This document shows positions 45,557 through 54,245 of a DNA stretch of 64,000 nt, piece by piece. Numbering within the stretch: the first letter of the stretch is position 1; each line of letters opens with the position of its first letter. Position numbers and translations under genes: made by a program. Origin of the DNA: Candidatus Omnitrophota bacterium. Its GTDB lineage: Bacteria; Omnitrophota; Omnitrophia; Omnitrophales; Aquincolibacteriaceae. Under the pieces are notes generated by a model that was not told where the DNA came from, made no database searches, and saw only the letters and a program-made list of their open reading frames with translations. The stretch covers positions 140,518 to 204,517 of the forward strand of contig DAOPYQ010000002.1 in assembly GCA_035352955.1 (NCBI GenBank), given 5' to 3'.

Positions 45557-47635
45557 CTACTTTTTTTTACCACTAGGTGTCGCTCCGAGTCGGAAGTACA
45601 ACCGCTCATAAGTGTCGAGCAACTTATCCATCATTTTGTCAGCAGCATCCACTCTTTCAGGGCTTCGCAATTTAGAAAGCAGGTCGATCAACGCCTTTGC
45701 TGGCAACTTGATCACTACGGTTCTTTCATGCTCGTGATATATTTCACGAACCCAATCCAATTCCTTACCTTTTTCCAAATTCACGCTCTCAGCTCGATTA
45801 ACAATAAAACCAAGGCGTCCATACTCTCCCGTCAAGTAAGATAACATTTGCCTATATTCTTGAGGCCCCAGATCAGCTGAGAAATTTTTAATCTCAAATA
45901 TTACTTGGCGAACGCCATAGTCATGGAGAATCCGCTGCCACGCATCTGTTTTCCCGTTATTTCGCGCAACAACATCCCTACGTTGCGTCGCGTTTTTATT
46001 AGGATGCAGCTCGGCGCTCACTAGCCCCCCAGCAAATACAATTTTTAATACTGTCAAACACCACTCCTCAAACTCTGTTGCGCCGGTGTCGCCATGAGGA
46101 ATTTTTGCCAGCTCCGCCATTAGTTGGCCCAATTTCTTTTTTCTGATTTCGGGGGTTTCAGACGACACTTCGATATCGTACTCATCGTGGATTTCATCAA
46201 CTTCCGCCGCTGGCAGTTTTTCCTCTTCGAGATTCAACGCGATCCAATAGCATGGATGCACAAGCAATTCCGTCTCTCTAACAACCAAAAAATCAGGATC
46301 TTTCCCATCGTGACAAAAAACAAAACTCGAGGCATCGTTCTTCCACACCCCTAAAAAACCAACGCTAAAAAGACACTTAACAATTTCTTCTGGCCTCTGA
46401 AATATTTTTAAGGTTTGAATTTCAACAGGCTTGAGGCTCTCATTGTTTATAATGTCATAAAGCAATTTTTCTATACTTCCAAAGGTGTTTTTTGCGCTGG
46501 CACCCGCAAACGCGTGTACGCAAAGACTCAAGCCTGGCACTATCCCTTCATATTCTTTCTTCAGGTCATCAAGACGCGAACAAGAAATTTCTCTAGCAGA
46601 CACATCAATATCATCTTCGTAGATTTCATTTCGTTTGTTCGACAGAGCATGGTTAAAAGCTCTATTCATTAAAACGATCAGATCTCTCGGCCGATATAGC
46701 GTCTGACGTAAGCATCGTCTGAAGCCCGTCATGCCACTCAATTCGCGAAAAGCTATTGCATTCCACACTTTAATGCTTTTATCATTCTCGATATTAAAAA
46801 CTTTTTGTATTCGGCTGCAAATCATATCGAGCAAATGTTGCTCATCCCAATGCAATCTCAAAACATCACCTTCGATATTTCGGGAATAATCAGGATCCTG
46901 CAACTGAATTGCTCTAAAAATATTGTCGCGTAGAAATGCGGTCGCTGTCGTCCTGGGCAAACTCGTACTAAGCTGGTCCAGGGCATAAAGCAGCCCTGTC
47001 AAAATAGCAACCCCCAACGAATCCGGCTCATACCCATCGTCTAATCTGTCAGCTAGAATTTTTACGGAGTAGTGTGCGCCATCAAGCACATTTGCTGCCA
47101 TTTTTTGGAGAGAGGTAATACCCAACGACGTTGTTAACGCGGCTATTCTCCGTTCAACAGGAACGGAGGTATCTACTTTTTCTTCTAAGGCCGAATATAG
47201 CCGTGCCGTTAGACTTTCCCCGCGGCGAGACCAACCTTGCGCCAAGATACGGATATCTGCTTTCTGCTCAGAATTTAATTTGTAATTATTCATACAAGCT
47301 ACAAGAATTTCATTCAGAACAGCATATTGCCACGCAATGTTACATGCCGCGCGCAAATAATTTTGTTTTTCTCCAAACAAAGAAACGAGACTGCGTAAAC
47401 CTATAACGTCTGCTTCTCCAGGGGTTAGATCAATTACTGTAGTCTTGACCGCATCATGCAAATAGCTCTTTAGCTTATAGTGAAGAGCACTCTTCCCCGT
47501 TCCTCTCCGGCCAACGACAATACGCCTTTTACTTTCTTCAATCAGCGATCTGTATTCGGAGGTTTCATAGAAAGCATGGTCTAGCATGTATTGATCTAAT
47601 TCTGCCCGTAAGTCACCCAATGGATTAGTTTTCAT
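45557..47635 (-). CDS. P-loop NTPase fused to a C-terminal Mrr-like PD-(D/E)xK restriction-endonuclease domain (candidate defence/toxin protein) in a low-GC island
   Basis: Walker A VGRRGTGKSAL and Walker B ILADRLDDGY. C-terminus FEEWCLTVLKIVFAGG…RRDVVARN…VIFEIKNFS fits Mrr_cat (E…D…(E)xK). Gene GC ~43% versus ~58% for the surrounding genes. Confidence 0.6.
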   Translation of the reverse strand: MKTNPLGDLRAELDQYMLDHAFYETSEYRSLIEESKRRIVVGRRGTGKSALHYKLKSYLHDAVKTTVIDLTPGEADVIGLRSLVSLFGEKQNYLRAACNIAWQYAVLNEILVACMNNYKLNSEQKADIRILAQGWSRRGESLTARLYSALEEKVDTSVPVERRIAALTTSLGITSLQKMAANVLDGAHYSVKILADRLDDGYEPDSLGVAILTGLLYALDQLSTSLPRTTATAFLRDNIFRAIQLQDPDYSRNIEGDVLRLHWDEQHLLDMICSRIQKVFNIENDKSIKVWNAIAFRELSGMTGFRRCLRQTLYRPRDLIVLMNRAFNHALSNKRNEIYEDDIDVSAREISCSRLDDLKKEYEGIVPGLSLCVHAFAGASAKNTFGSIEKLLYDIINNESLKPVEIQTLKIFQRPEEIVKCLFSVGFLGVWKNDASSFVFCHDGKDPDFLVVRETELLVHPCYWIALNLEEEKLPAAEVDEIHDEYDIEVSSETPEIRKKKLGQLMAELAKIPHGDTGATEFEEWCLTVLKIVFAGGLVSAELHPNKNATQRRDVVARNNGKTDAWQRILHDYGVRQVIFEIKNFSADLGPQEYRQMLSYLTGEYGRLGFIVNRAESVNLEKGKELDWVREIYHEHERTVVIKLPAKALIDLLSKLRSPERVDAADKMMDKLLDTYERLYFRLGATPSGKKK

Positions 47636-47844
47636 GTCAATCCTTCCTTTTTAAAATCACCGCACAATACAAGTAATAGCCCCTTCGAACGAATAATTAC
47701 TCGCTAACGCGAACCACTGAATTCCGGGGGCACATTACTTAATGCTATTCCCTCACCCGAACTGCGAGACCTTTTCGCAAGAGTTCGTTATTGAGATAAT
47801 CACCTCGCCAAGCTGAGATTCTTCGCTTTGCTCAGAATGACGAA

Positions 47845-47880
47845 AACAAAAAAGGCGGTTTCCCTTTTGAGGAAACCGCC
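47845..47880 (-). terminator. Rho-independent terminator-like hairpin (minus-strand orientation) inside the island's non-coding remnant
   Basis: ggcggtttcc-cttttga-ggaaaccgcc perfect 10-bp stem, preceded on the plus strand by aacaaaaaa (U-run on the minus strand). Confidence 0.5.
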
Positions 47881-48293
47881 TCAGACAATGCAAAAAGACG
47901 AGAATCCCACCGCCCCAAGCTGATAGCCTGGAGCGTACCCGGCTCTCGCGCTGTTCGCTCGTGTCCGGTTACGGGCACTCGATCAAAAAAAACACTGCGT
48001 GAATTCTCTGCTCCTACATCCCAAGTTTCAAGGAAAATTAGCGATTTTTTTCGGAAAATTCTTTTACTCGCTTCCCCGAACGGGAAAAGTTTCAAGGGAT
48101 ATTACGGCCGCAGTCCACGGACTGCAGACTGAAGACCGGAGACGGAAAATCTGTGTTCTCGGATCTGACAGACTCTTTCCTAAAATGTTCCTCGAACACG
48201 CCGATCAATTTCGTTCAATTTATAGCATTCATGGAATTCTTTTTAAATCATATTTTATTTGATTAATCGTGAATCTCATGATATCCTTTCCTT

Positions 48294-48842
48294 ATGAGAA
48301 ACAAATCGGAACTCATAAAGCTTGAGAAAGTCACCCGAAGAATCTTCCTTATCCGTGGCCAGCGCGTAATCATGGACTCCGACCTGGCCGGGGTCTACGG
48401 CGTTAAGACCAAATCTCTGAACTTGGCCGTCAAACGTAACGGCGCGAAATTCCCCGCCGATTTCATGTTCCAGTTGACCCGCAAGGAGGACGAAACTTTG
48501 AGGTTTCAAATTGAAACCTCAAAAAAGACACGGGGCGGCAGACGTTACCTGCCCTACGCCTTCACCGAACACGGGGCCATCATGGCAGCGAATGTCCTGA
48601 ACAGCCCCCACGCGATACAAATGAGCGTTTTTGTGGTGAGAGCTTTTATCAAAATGCGGTCTTTGTTATCGGACAACAAAAAACTCGCCGAAGAACTGAG
48701 GGCGCTGGAAAAGAAGCTGACCGGACGGCTGAATGTTCATGAAATCGCGATCGTGGATGTTTTGCGAAAGCTCATGAAATTACTCGAGCCCCCACCCGAA
48801 GTCCCCATTCCCGAGAAGCCGCCCATTGGGTTCCAACCGTAG
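48294..48842 (+). CDS. ORF6N-domain protein (phage/mobile-element associated KilA-N-like DNA-binding protein)
   Basis: IRGQRVIMDSDLAGVYGVKTKSLNLAVKRNGAKFPADFMFQLT…GGRRYLPYAFTEHGAIMAANVL is collinear with ORF6N family proteins. Confidence 0.7.
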   Translation: MRNKSELIKLEKVTRRIFLIRGQRVIMDSDLAGVYGVKTKSLNLAVKRNGAKFPADFMFQLTRKEDETLRFQIETSKKTRGGRRYLPYAFTEHGAIMAANVLNSPHAIQMSVFVVRAFIKMRSLLSDNKKLAEELRALEKKLTGRLNVHEIAIVDVLRKLMKLLEPPPEVPIPEKPPIGFQP

Positions 48843-48876
48843 ACCTACCCCGCAGGGACGATAAAAAGCATCGAGG

Positions 48877-50049
48877 TCAGCTCTGTACTTTGACGGCTAG
48901 TCCCTTTTGCAAAAGTTCGTTGTTGAGGTAGAGCTGTTTGCCGTCCTTTGAGGTTACCCAGACGTCGGCTAAGTACCTGTCATATTTGTCGGACTTGGTG
49001 GTTTTAATCAATATTGCGGGACACGGGCCACGGTCCACGGAACACGCCAGGACCTGCTCGACAAAGGCTTTGGCTTCCTTCCCTTCCTTGCTGATCAGTT
49101 CCGGGCAGTCAATAGCGCGAAGGCGCAGGGTCTGGACACTGCGGACGCCAAAGCCGAGGTCGACCACGGCTTCCAGCGTGTCTCCGTCGAGCACCCTTTT
49201 CACCCAGGCGCGGTAAGTGTAAAGGTCCCCTTCCGTGCGTTTGGAAAGACGGATCAAATCCGCGGGCGCGGAGCCTCCTCCCGCGAACGGAGGCGTGGAT
49301 TCGATCAGAGCGCCTTCTTTGAAACGGAGATCCTTGGAGGTCTTGTAATAATTGGAAAACCCAAGATCAATCACCACCTTACCGGTCTCGGGACCCGACA
49401 GGGCTTTGACGACGCGGTACGTCCCGGGCTTCCCGGGTTCGGCTTTGAGCGAGGGAGAAGATTCCACCGGCTCTGCGGCGGCGCGGGCTTCGGCCTTCGC
49501 CTTCCCGACCTTGACCTTCTTCACTTCCTCGCGGGTTTGGTCGCGGTTCCATTTCTCTTTCACCGCTTTTGCGGCAAGGGTTTCCCTTTCTTTGGGATCG
49601 TTGACCGCAAGAAGGGCCTGGTACTGGCTCCAGCTCAATTCATCGGCCGGCCGATGAATTGGGTACGTCCGCGCGAATTGGAGCATGTAGCGTAGTTCGG
49701 TCTCACTCTGGCCAAGGTCCGCGGCAAGACGCTTCATAACCTGTTGGCCGTAGTCCGCGCGCTCTTTGTGCTGGAGGACATGCGTGTCAATGAGCTTGCC
49801 GATCTCCCACGCTTCGCGGACCTTCTCCTGGTCGACGGCCTTCTCGACACGGGCCACGCTCTGCGCCCGGGCGTCTCTCACGGCCGTCAGGAGTTCCTCA
49901 TAAGTCGTCACGGACGCCGCGGCGGGCGCAGCGCCCGGGCCGGCGACTTCTTTGGGAGTTTCTTTTTTCCCGGGGGTTTCGGCAAAGACAAGCGCGGGTG
50001 AAACAAGAAGCAACGCGAGGGATAAAGCGGAGAGAGCTGTCCTTTTCAT
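48877..50049 (-). CDS. Secreted nuclease: signal peptide + DUF1016_N (YhcG N-terminal-like) domain + C-terminal staphylococcal-nuclease (SNase/thermonuclease) domain
   Basis: Start MKRTALSALSLALLLVSPALVFA (RBS AGGAAAGG). REAWEIGKLI…ADYGQQVMKRLAADLG…LSWSQYQALL resembles DUF1016_N. C-terminal VLDGDTLEAV…RLRAIDCPE…DKYDRYLADV matches SNase catalytic motifs. Confidence 0.65.
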   Translation of the reverse strand: MKRTALSALSLALLLVSPALVFAETPGKKETPKEVAGPGAAPAAASVTTYEELLTAVRDARAQSVARVEKAVDQEKVREAWEIGKLIDTHVLQHKERADYGQQVMKRLAADLGQSETELRYMLQFARTYPIHRPADELSWSQYQALLAVNDPKERETLAAKAVKEKWNRDQTREEVKKVKVGKAKAEARAAAEPVESSPSLKAEPGKPGTYRVVKALSGPETGKVVIDLGFSNYYKTSKDLRFKEGALIESTPPFAGGGSAPADLIRLSKRTEGDLYTYRAWVKRVLDGDTLEAVVDLGFGVRSVQTLRLRAIDCPELISKEGKEAKAFVEQVLACSVDRGPCPAILIKTTKSDKYDRYLADVWVTSKDGKQLYLNNELLQKGLAVKVQS

Positions 50050-50232
50050 GGAGAACCTTTCCTTAATGAGAGACCGGCTTCCAAAGAATGAGAAACCGAG
50101 GTGAGAATATTCTTCCCCGCCCCGCCTTGCAACACTTTTTATGGGGCTTCCCCCCGGGGCAGAAAATGCGGCCAAAACTTGCAATATGTGTGCGCACATA
50201 TTATACTTGTATTAGAAAATAAGGAGGACCCT

Positions 50233-50457
50233 ATGCCGAACATGACACTCTCGATCCCTGCCGACCTGAAGGCAAAAATGGACCGTTTCAGGGAGATCAA
50301 CTGGTCCGAGGTCGCGAGACAGGCGATCTTTCAAAAGACCCTTGTCATGGACCGAATGAATCAGCTGATGTCCTCCAGTAAGATCAGTGAGCCGGAAACC
50401 GTCTACGAAGCCCGCAAGATCAGCCGCAAGGTCGCGAAAAAACACAAAGCATCCTGA
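50233..50457 (+). CDS. Putative antitoxin (small RHH/VapB-like protein)
   Basis: 74-aa ORF with strong RBS AAGGAGG. Its stop overlaps the downstream PIN gene start (TGATATGG). Confidence 0.45.
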   Translation: MPNMTLSIPADLKAKMDRFREINWSEVARQAIFQKTLVMDRMNQLMSSSKISEPETVYEARKISRKVAKKHKAS

Positions 50458-50458
50458 T

Positions 50459-50872
50459 ATGGAGCTGGTGGTCGACGCCAACATTCTTCTGGCGGGCTTC
50501 ATGAAAACCGCCGTGACGCGGGAACTTCTTCTGGACTCCCGGCTAAAGCTGCACGCGCCGGAATATTTGGTCTATGAAACCCGAAAACACCTTCTCGGAA
50601 ATTCCGACCTGAAACGCCGCATCGGTCTTTCCGCCAGTGAGATCGATAAGATATGGTTCCTTCTTACCCAGAATATCGAATCCCACGCACAGGGAGACTA
50701 CCAAAAAGCCCACGCAACGGCACTCAAACTTGCGCCCCATGCCGAGGATGCTCCTTACCTCGCATTGGCGCTGAGCATGAACATACCCGTGTGGTCGAAT
50801 GACAAGGCGATGGCCATGCAGCCCAGGATCCGAATCCTGACGACACGCGACATTCTTGTCATGCTCCGTTAG
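50459..50872 (+). CDS. PIN-domain toxin (VapC-like)
   Basis: MELVVDANILLAGFM… N-terminal PIN acidic-residue pattern; 137 aa; tightly coupled to the preceding small ORF. Confidence 0.55.
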   Translation: MELVVDANILLAGFMKTAVTRELLLDSRLKLHAPEYLVYETRKHLLGNSDLKRRIGLSASEIDKIWFLLTQNIESHAQGDYQKAHATALKLAPHAEDAPYLALALSMNIPVWSNDKAMAMQPRIRILTTRDILVMLR

Positions 50873-51041
50873 CCTCTGTGAATGGACGAATACCGGCAGG
50901 ACATAGTTTCAAAAGAAGTGGATCGATCCTCTCCCGTCCCCTCTCCATGGAAATCCAGGATCGGTTTCTATTTCTGATTTTATCCTGAATCTGGAAACCT
51001 CAACGGGAAGACCGGGCTGAAGATCGGGGGAAAAGAGTCGT

Positions 51042-52238
51042 CTAGACCGCGGAACCAACAACAGCGCCGCTGGCCCAGGCCCAGGCGAGCTGGTAGCCGC
51101 CGCGGGCGCCCTGGAGATCGAGCATCTCTCCCGCAAAATAAAGGCCTTTCTGCAATTTCGATCCGAGCGTTACGGGGTCGATTTCATCCAGCGCGACGCC
51201 GCCGGCCGTGAATTCCGCTTCGTTCCAGCCGCGCGTGCCGTTCACTTTGAATTCCTTGTGTTTCAATAAGGGGGACAGTCCCCTTAAAGTCGTCAGGGGG
51301 ACCGTCCCCTTTAAGCCAAGAGCCATCGAGAGCTTATGCGGCAGGATCCCTTCGAGAAGATGTTCGGCCGGCATTCCGCGCGCAAGCCGCCTTTCAAGTT
51401 CTTTCGCAAGTTCTTCCTCCGTCATGAACGGCACAAGGTCCGCGATCACCGACACTTTGTTGATCCTGTCGCGATTCATGGCGATCGAGATCTCTTCACT
51501 CACGTCAAGGACCGCCGTGCCCGAAAGCCCGTACTGCGTGAAAAGGAGTTCGCCCGAGGCCGTCCGGAAATTCTTGTTCTGAATGCGGCTCGTCACCGTC
51601 GCGCGGACTTTCTGCCCCTGCAGAAAATGACACCACGGGTCCTTCACAAGGAGCGGCACCGTGCTCGGCACCGGCTCCGTGATCGAATGGCCGAACTTTT
51701 TCGCGAGCGCGTAGGCCTCACCGTCGGAACCGAGCGCCGGATACGATTTCCCGCCGGCACAAAGGATCACTTTTTTCGCTCCAAAACGTTCCTCGCCCGC
51801 GGTCCTCAGCTCAAAACCTCCCGCCACCGCGCGGATATCCCGCACATGACAATCGAGTTTGACCGGAACCTCCAACCGCGAGATTTCAAGTTCCAGCACT
51901 TTCAGGACCGACGCCGCCTGGTTCGTCACCGGGAAAATGCGACCGTCCGGTTCCGTATAGACCTCAAGGCCGAGCTCCTTGAAAAAACCAAGAATGGCCT
52001 CTTTGCCGAATTTTTCAAACACGGAAGCGACGAGCTTTTGCGCGTCCGGGTTATAAAAAGAAGGGTCCGTCTTTTCATTCAGAAGATTGCAGCGGCCGGC
52101 GCCGGTCACGAGGAGTTTTTTCCCGAGCTTCGGCATTTTCTCGCAAAGGAGTACGGAATCGCCTTTCCGCTTCGCAAAAATGGCGGCGACCATGCCCGCC
52201 GCCCCGCCCCCCACAATGATCACATCGTAAGATTTCAT
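51042..52238 (-). CDS. HI0933/BaiN-like FAD-dependent flavoprotein (aminoacetone oxidase family)
   Basis: YDVIIVGGGAAGMVAAIFAKRKG Rossmann motif and NAD/FAD-binding GAGRCNL; 398 aa. Confidence 0.8.
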   Translation of the reverse strand: MKSYDVIIVGGGAAGMVAAIFAKRKGDSVLLCEKMPKLGKKLLVTGAGRCNLLNEKTDPSFYNPDAQKLVASVFEKFGKEAILGFFKELGLEVYTEPDGRIFPVTNQAASVLKVLELEISRLEVPVKLDCHVRDIRAVAGGFELRTAGEERFGAKKVILCAGGKSYPALGSDGEAYALAKKFGHSITEPVPSTVPLLVKDPWCHFLQGQKVRATVTSRIQNKNFRTASGELLFTQYGLSGTAVLDVSEEISIAMNRDRINKVSVIADLVPFMTEEELAKELERRLARGMPAEHLLEGILPHKLSMALGLKGTVPLTTLRGLSPLLKHKEFKVNGTRGWNEAEFTAGGVALDEIDPVTLGSKLQKGLYFAGEMLDLQGARGGYQLAWAWASGAVVGSAV

Positions 52239-52268
52239 CTTTACTCCATTCGCGTAACGAACCCGTTT

Positions 52269-54041
52269 TTAGTTTTTGCGTTGCGCGTTGCCCGTTCTCC
52301 GTTGTGCGAGCTTCGGTTGCACCATCAGGCGCTGCGCCTCGCGCTCTTTATAAGTTTTGGCCGAGGCCACCGCCTCGCCCGTAAAAGGATGCTTCCCCGT
52401 ATAATACATGCAGGATGAAACAGTCATCGGCAACGGCATAAAATCCTGTACTTGTTCCGGGTGCAGGCGGTGCTCTTTCAAGTACGCCGCAAGCTCGCGC
52501 GCCTCCCGGACCCCGGACCCCGGATGCGAGCAGATCCAGTAATTCACGAGGTATTGTTCCTTGCCGGCGCGGGCGCTGAAAGTCCTGAAACGCTCCCTGA
52601 ATTTTTCGTAAACTTTCATCGACGGCTTATTCATCAATTTAAGGAGCGGTTCGGACGCATGTTCCGGCGCAACCTTGAGCTGACCGCTCACATGGTTCCG
52701 GCACAGCGCTTCGAGATACCCGTCGGATGTTTTGTCGACCAAAAGATCGTAGCGCAACCCGCTCTGGACAAAAAGATGCTTCACGTTCGGGATCTTAAGG
52801 ACCTCGTTCCATAATGCAACCGTCTTCTCATAGCCGAGTTTGAGACTCCCGCATTTCGAGGGCATCATGCACTGTTTGTTCCGGCAAGCCCCGGCGATGC
52901 CCCATTGATCGCACTCAGCGCCGTAAAGGTTCGCGGTCGGCCCGCCGATGTCGGTAATCGTTCCTTTGAATTCTTTCATCCCCGCAAGCAACCGCACTTC
53001 TTTCAGGATCGACTCCTTGCTCCGGCTCTGGATCATCCGGCCCTGGTGCGCGAAAAGCGAACAAAAACTGCACTCCCCCGCGCAACCGCGATGGGCCGTG
53101 ATCGAAAACCGTACTGTCTCAAAACCGGGGACGCCGCCTTGCTTGTCATACAGAGGATGCCAGGCCCTGACAAAGGGTAATTGATAAATATGATCGAGTT
53201 CGGCCGTGGTGAGCGGGAACGGGGGCGGCTGCTGGATCAAAAACCGGTTCCCATATTTTTGTACGACCGGCCGGCCCCGGACCGGATCGCCCTCAAGATA
53301 CGCCAGACGAAAGGCCTCATTGAATTTATCGGGATTCGCGCTCACCTCGTCAAAGGAAGGAAGCATGACGGCATCCTCGAACCCTTCGAGACCGTTCCGT
53401 AAAACGGCCGTGCCACGGATATTGTCCAGACCCTTTTCAAGGGCCGGCCTTGAAATTCCGGGACCGGATTTCAGAAGGGTGTCCATACGCCGGGCAACCT
53501 CGACGATCTGCTTTTCGGCCATCCCGTAGATCAGCATGTCGGCTTTTGAATCAACAAGAACGGAGCGCCGTACCGCTTCGTCCCAATAATCAAAATGCGC
53601 GAGACGGCGAAGGCTCGCCTCGATCCCACCGATCACGACCGGAACGCCGGGGAAAAGGCCTTTGATCTTGCTGGTATAAACGATCGTTGCGCGGTTCGGC
53701 CGGAGTCCGGGCTTCCCGCCGGGAGAATAGTCGTCTTTGCGGCGGGGTTTTTTGCTGGCGGTATAATTGCTGACCATCGAATCCATATTTCCGGCCGCGA
53801 CGCTGAAAAAAAGCCGCGGCCGCCCGAGTTTTTGAAAATCCGAGGAAGTTTTCCAATCCGGCTGGGCCATGACCCCGACCCTGAACCCGGCGTCCTCCAA
53901 CACCCGGCCGATAAGGGCCGTTCCGTAGGAAGGATGGTCCACGTAAGCGTCGCCGGTCACCAGGATGATGTCACATTCTTTCCAGCCCCGGCGGGCCATG
54001 TCTTCTTGGGAAACAGGCAAAAACTTCGAACGATCACTCAT
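52269..54041 (-). CDS. ygiQ: YgiQ-family (UPF0313) radical SAM protein
   Basis: N-terminal MSDRSKFLPVSQEDMARRGWKECDIILVTGDAYVDHPSYG. CxxxCxxC cluster (CAGECSFCSL); ~590 aa. Start taken at MSDRSK (54041). The 3'-terminal codons overlap the CAACG element at 52276. Confidence 0.8.
   Translation of the reverse strand: MSDRSKFLPVSQEDMARRGWKECDIILVTGDAYVDHPSYGTALIGRVLEDAGFRVGVMAQPDWKTSSDFQKLGRPRLFFSVAAGNMDSMVSNYTASKKPRRKDDYSPGGKPGLRPNRATIVYTSKIKGLFPGVPVVIGGIEASLRRLAHFDYWDEAVRRSVLVDSKADMLIYGMAEKQIVEVARRMDTLLKSGPGISRPALEKGLDNIRGTAVLRNGLEGFEDAVMLPSFDEVSANPDKFNEAFRLAYLEGDPVRGRPVVQKYGNRFLIQQPPPFPLTTAELDHIYQLPFVRAWHPLYDKQGGVPGFETVRFSITAHRGCAGECSFCSLFAHQGRMIQSRSKESILKEVRLLAGMKEFKGTITDIGGPTANLYGAECDQWGIAGACRNKQCMMPSKCGSLKLGYEKTVALWNEVLKIPNVKHLFVQSGLRYDLLVDKTSDGYLEALCRNHVSGQLKVAPEHASEPLLKLMNKPSMKVYEKFRERFRTFSARAGKEQYLVNYWICSHPGSGVREARELAAYLKEHRLHPEQVQDFMPLPMTVSSCMYYTGKHPFTGEAVASAKTYKEREAQRLMVQPKLAQRRTGNAQRKN
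52276..52323. repeat. CAACG/CGTTG-rich element overlapping the last ~15 codons of ygiQ
   Basis: ttgcgttgcgcgttgcccgttctccgttgtgcgagcttcggttgcacc; related to the elements at 40381 and 54062. Confidence 0.35.
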
Positions 54042-54061
54042 GCGGTGATTATACCTTTTAA

Positions 54062-54152
54062 TCAGCGCAGCGCACAACGCGCAAAGAACAACGTCTTCGT
54101 TGAACGCAAGTCGTTCTCCAACCAACGCCCCGGAAATTTTGACCGTTGCGCG
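54062..54152. repeat. CAACG/CGTTG-rich element in the divergent ygiQ / permease promoter region
   Basis: cagcgcagcgcacaacgcgcaaagaacaacgtcttcgttgaacgcaag…gaccgttgcgcgcc. Confidence 0.35.
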
Positions 54153-54154
54153 CC

Positions 54155-54170
54155 TGCCTGCCGGCAGGCA
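54155..54170. promoter_or_regulatory. 16-bp perfect GC-rich palindrome TGCCTGCCGGCAGGCA in the divergent promoter region
   Basis: Reverse complement identical to the sequence; ~80 bp upstream of the 54246 start. Confidence 0.6.
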
Positions 54171-54245
54171 AGTTGCACTCTAGTGATTGATTTCTCCTAG
54201 AGGCGCGATTAAGATGGCACGTCTGGAAAAGGAGTCTGTGCAAAA

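Noticed and set aside
47636-48293. Short ORFs (47832-48095 minus, 47999-48262 plus) and a possible tRNA/tmRNA fragment in the island's non-coding remnant
   Set aside because: The ORF translations are not protein-like and have no RBS. No tRNA T-loop (GGTTCGANTCC) or acceptor features are present, so the region is treated as non-coding island remnant with a terminator hairpin.
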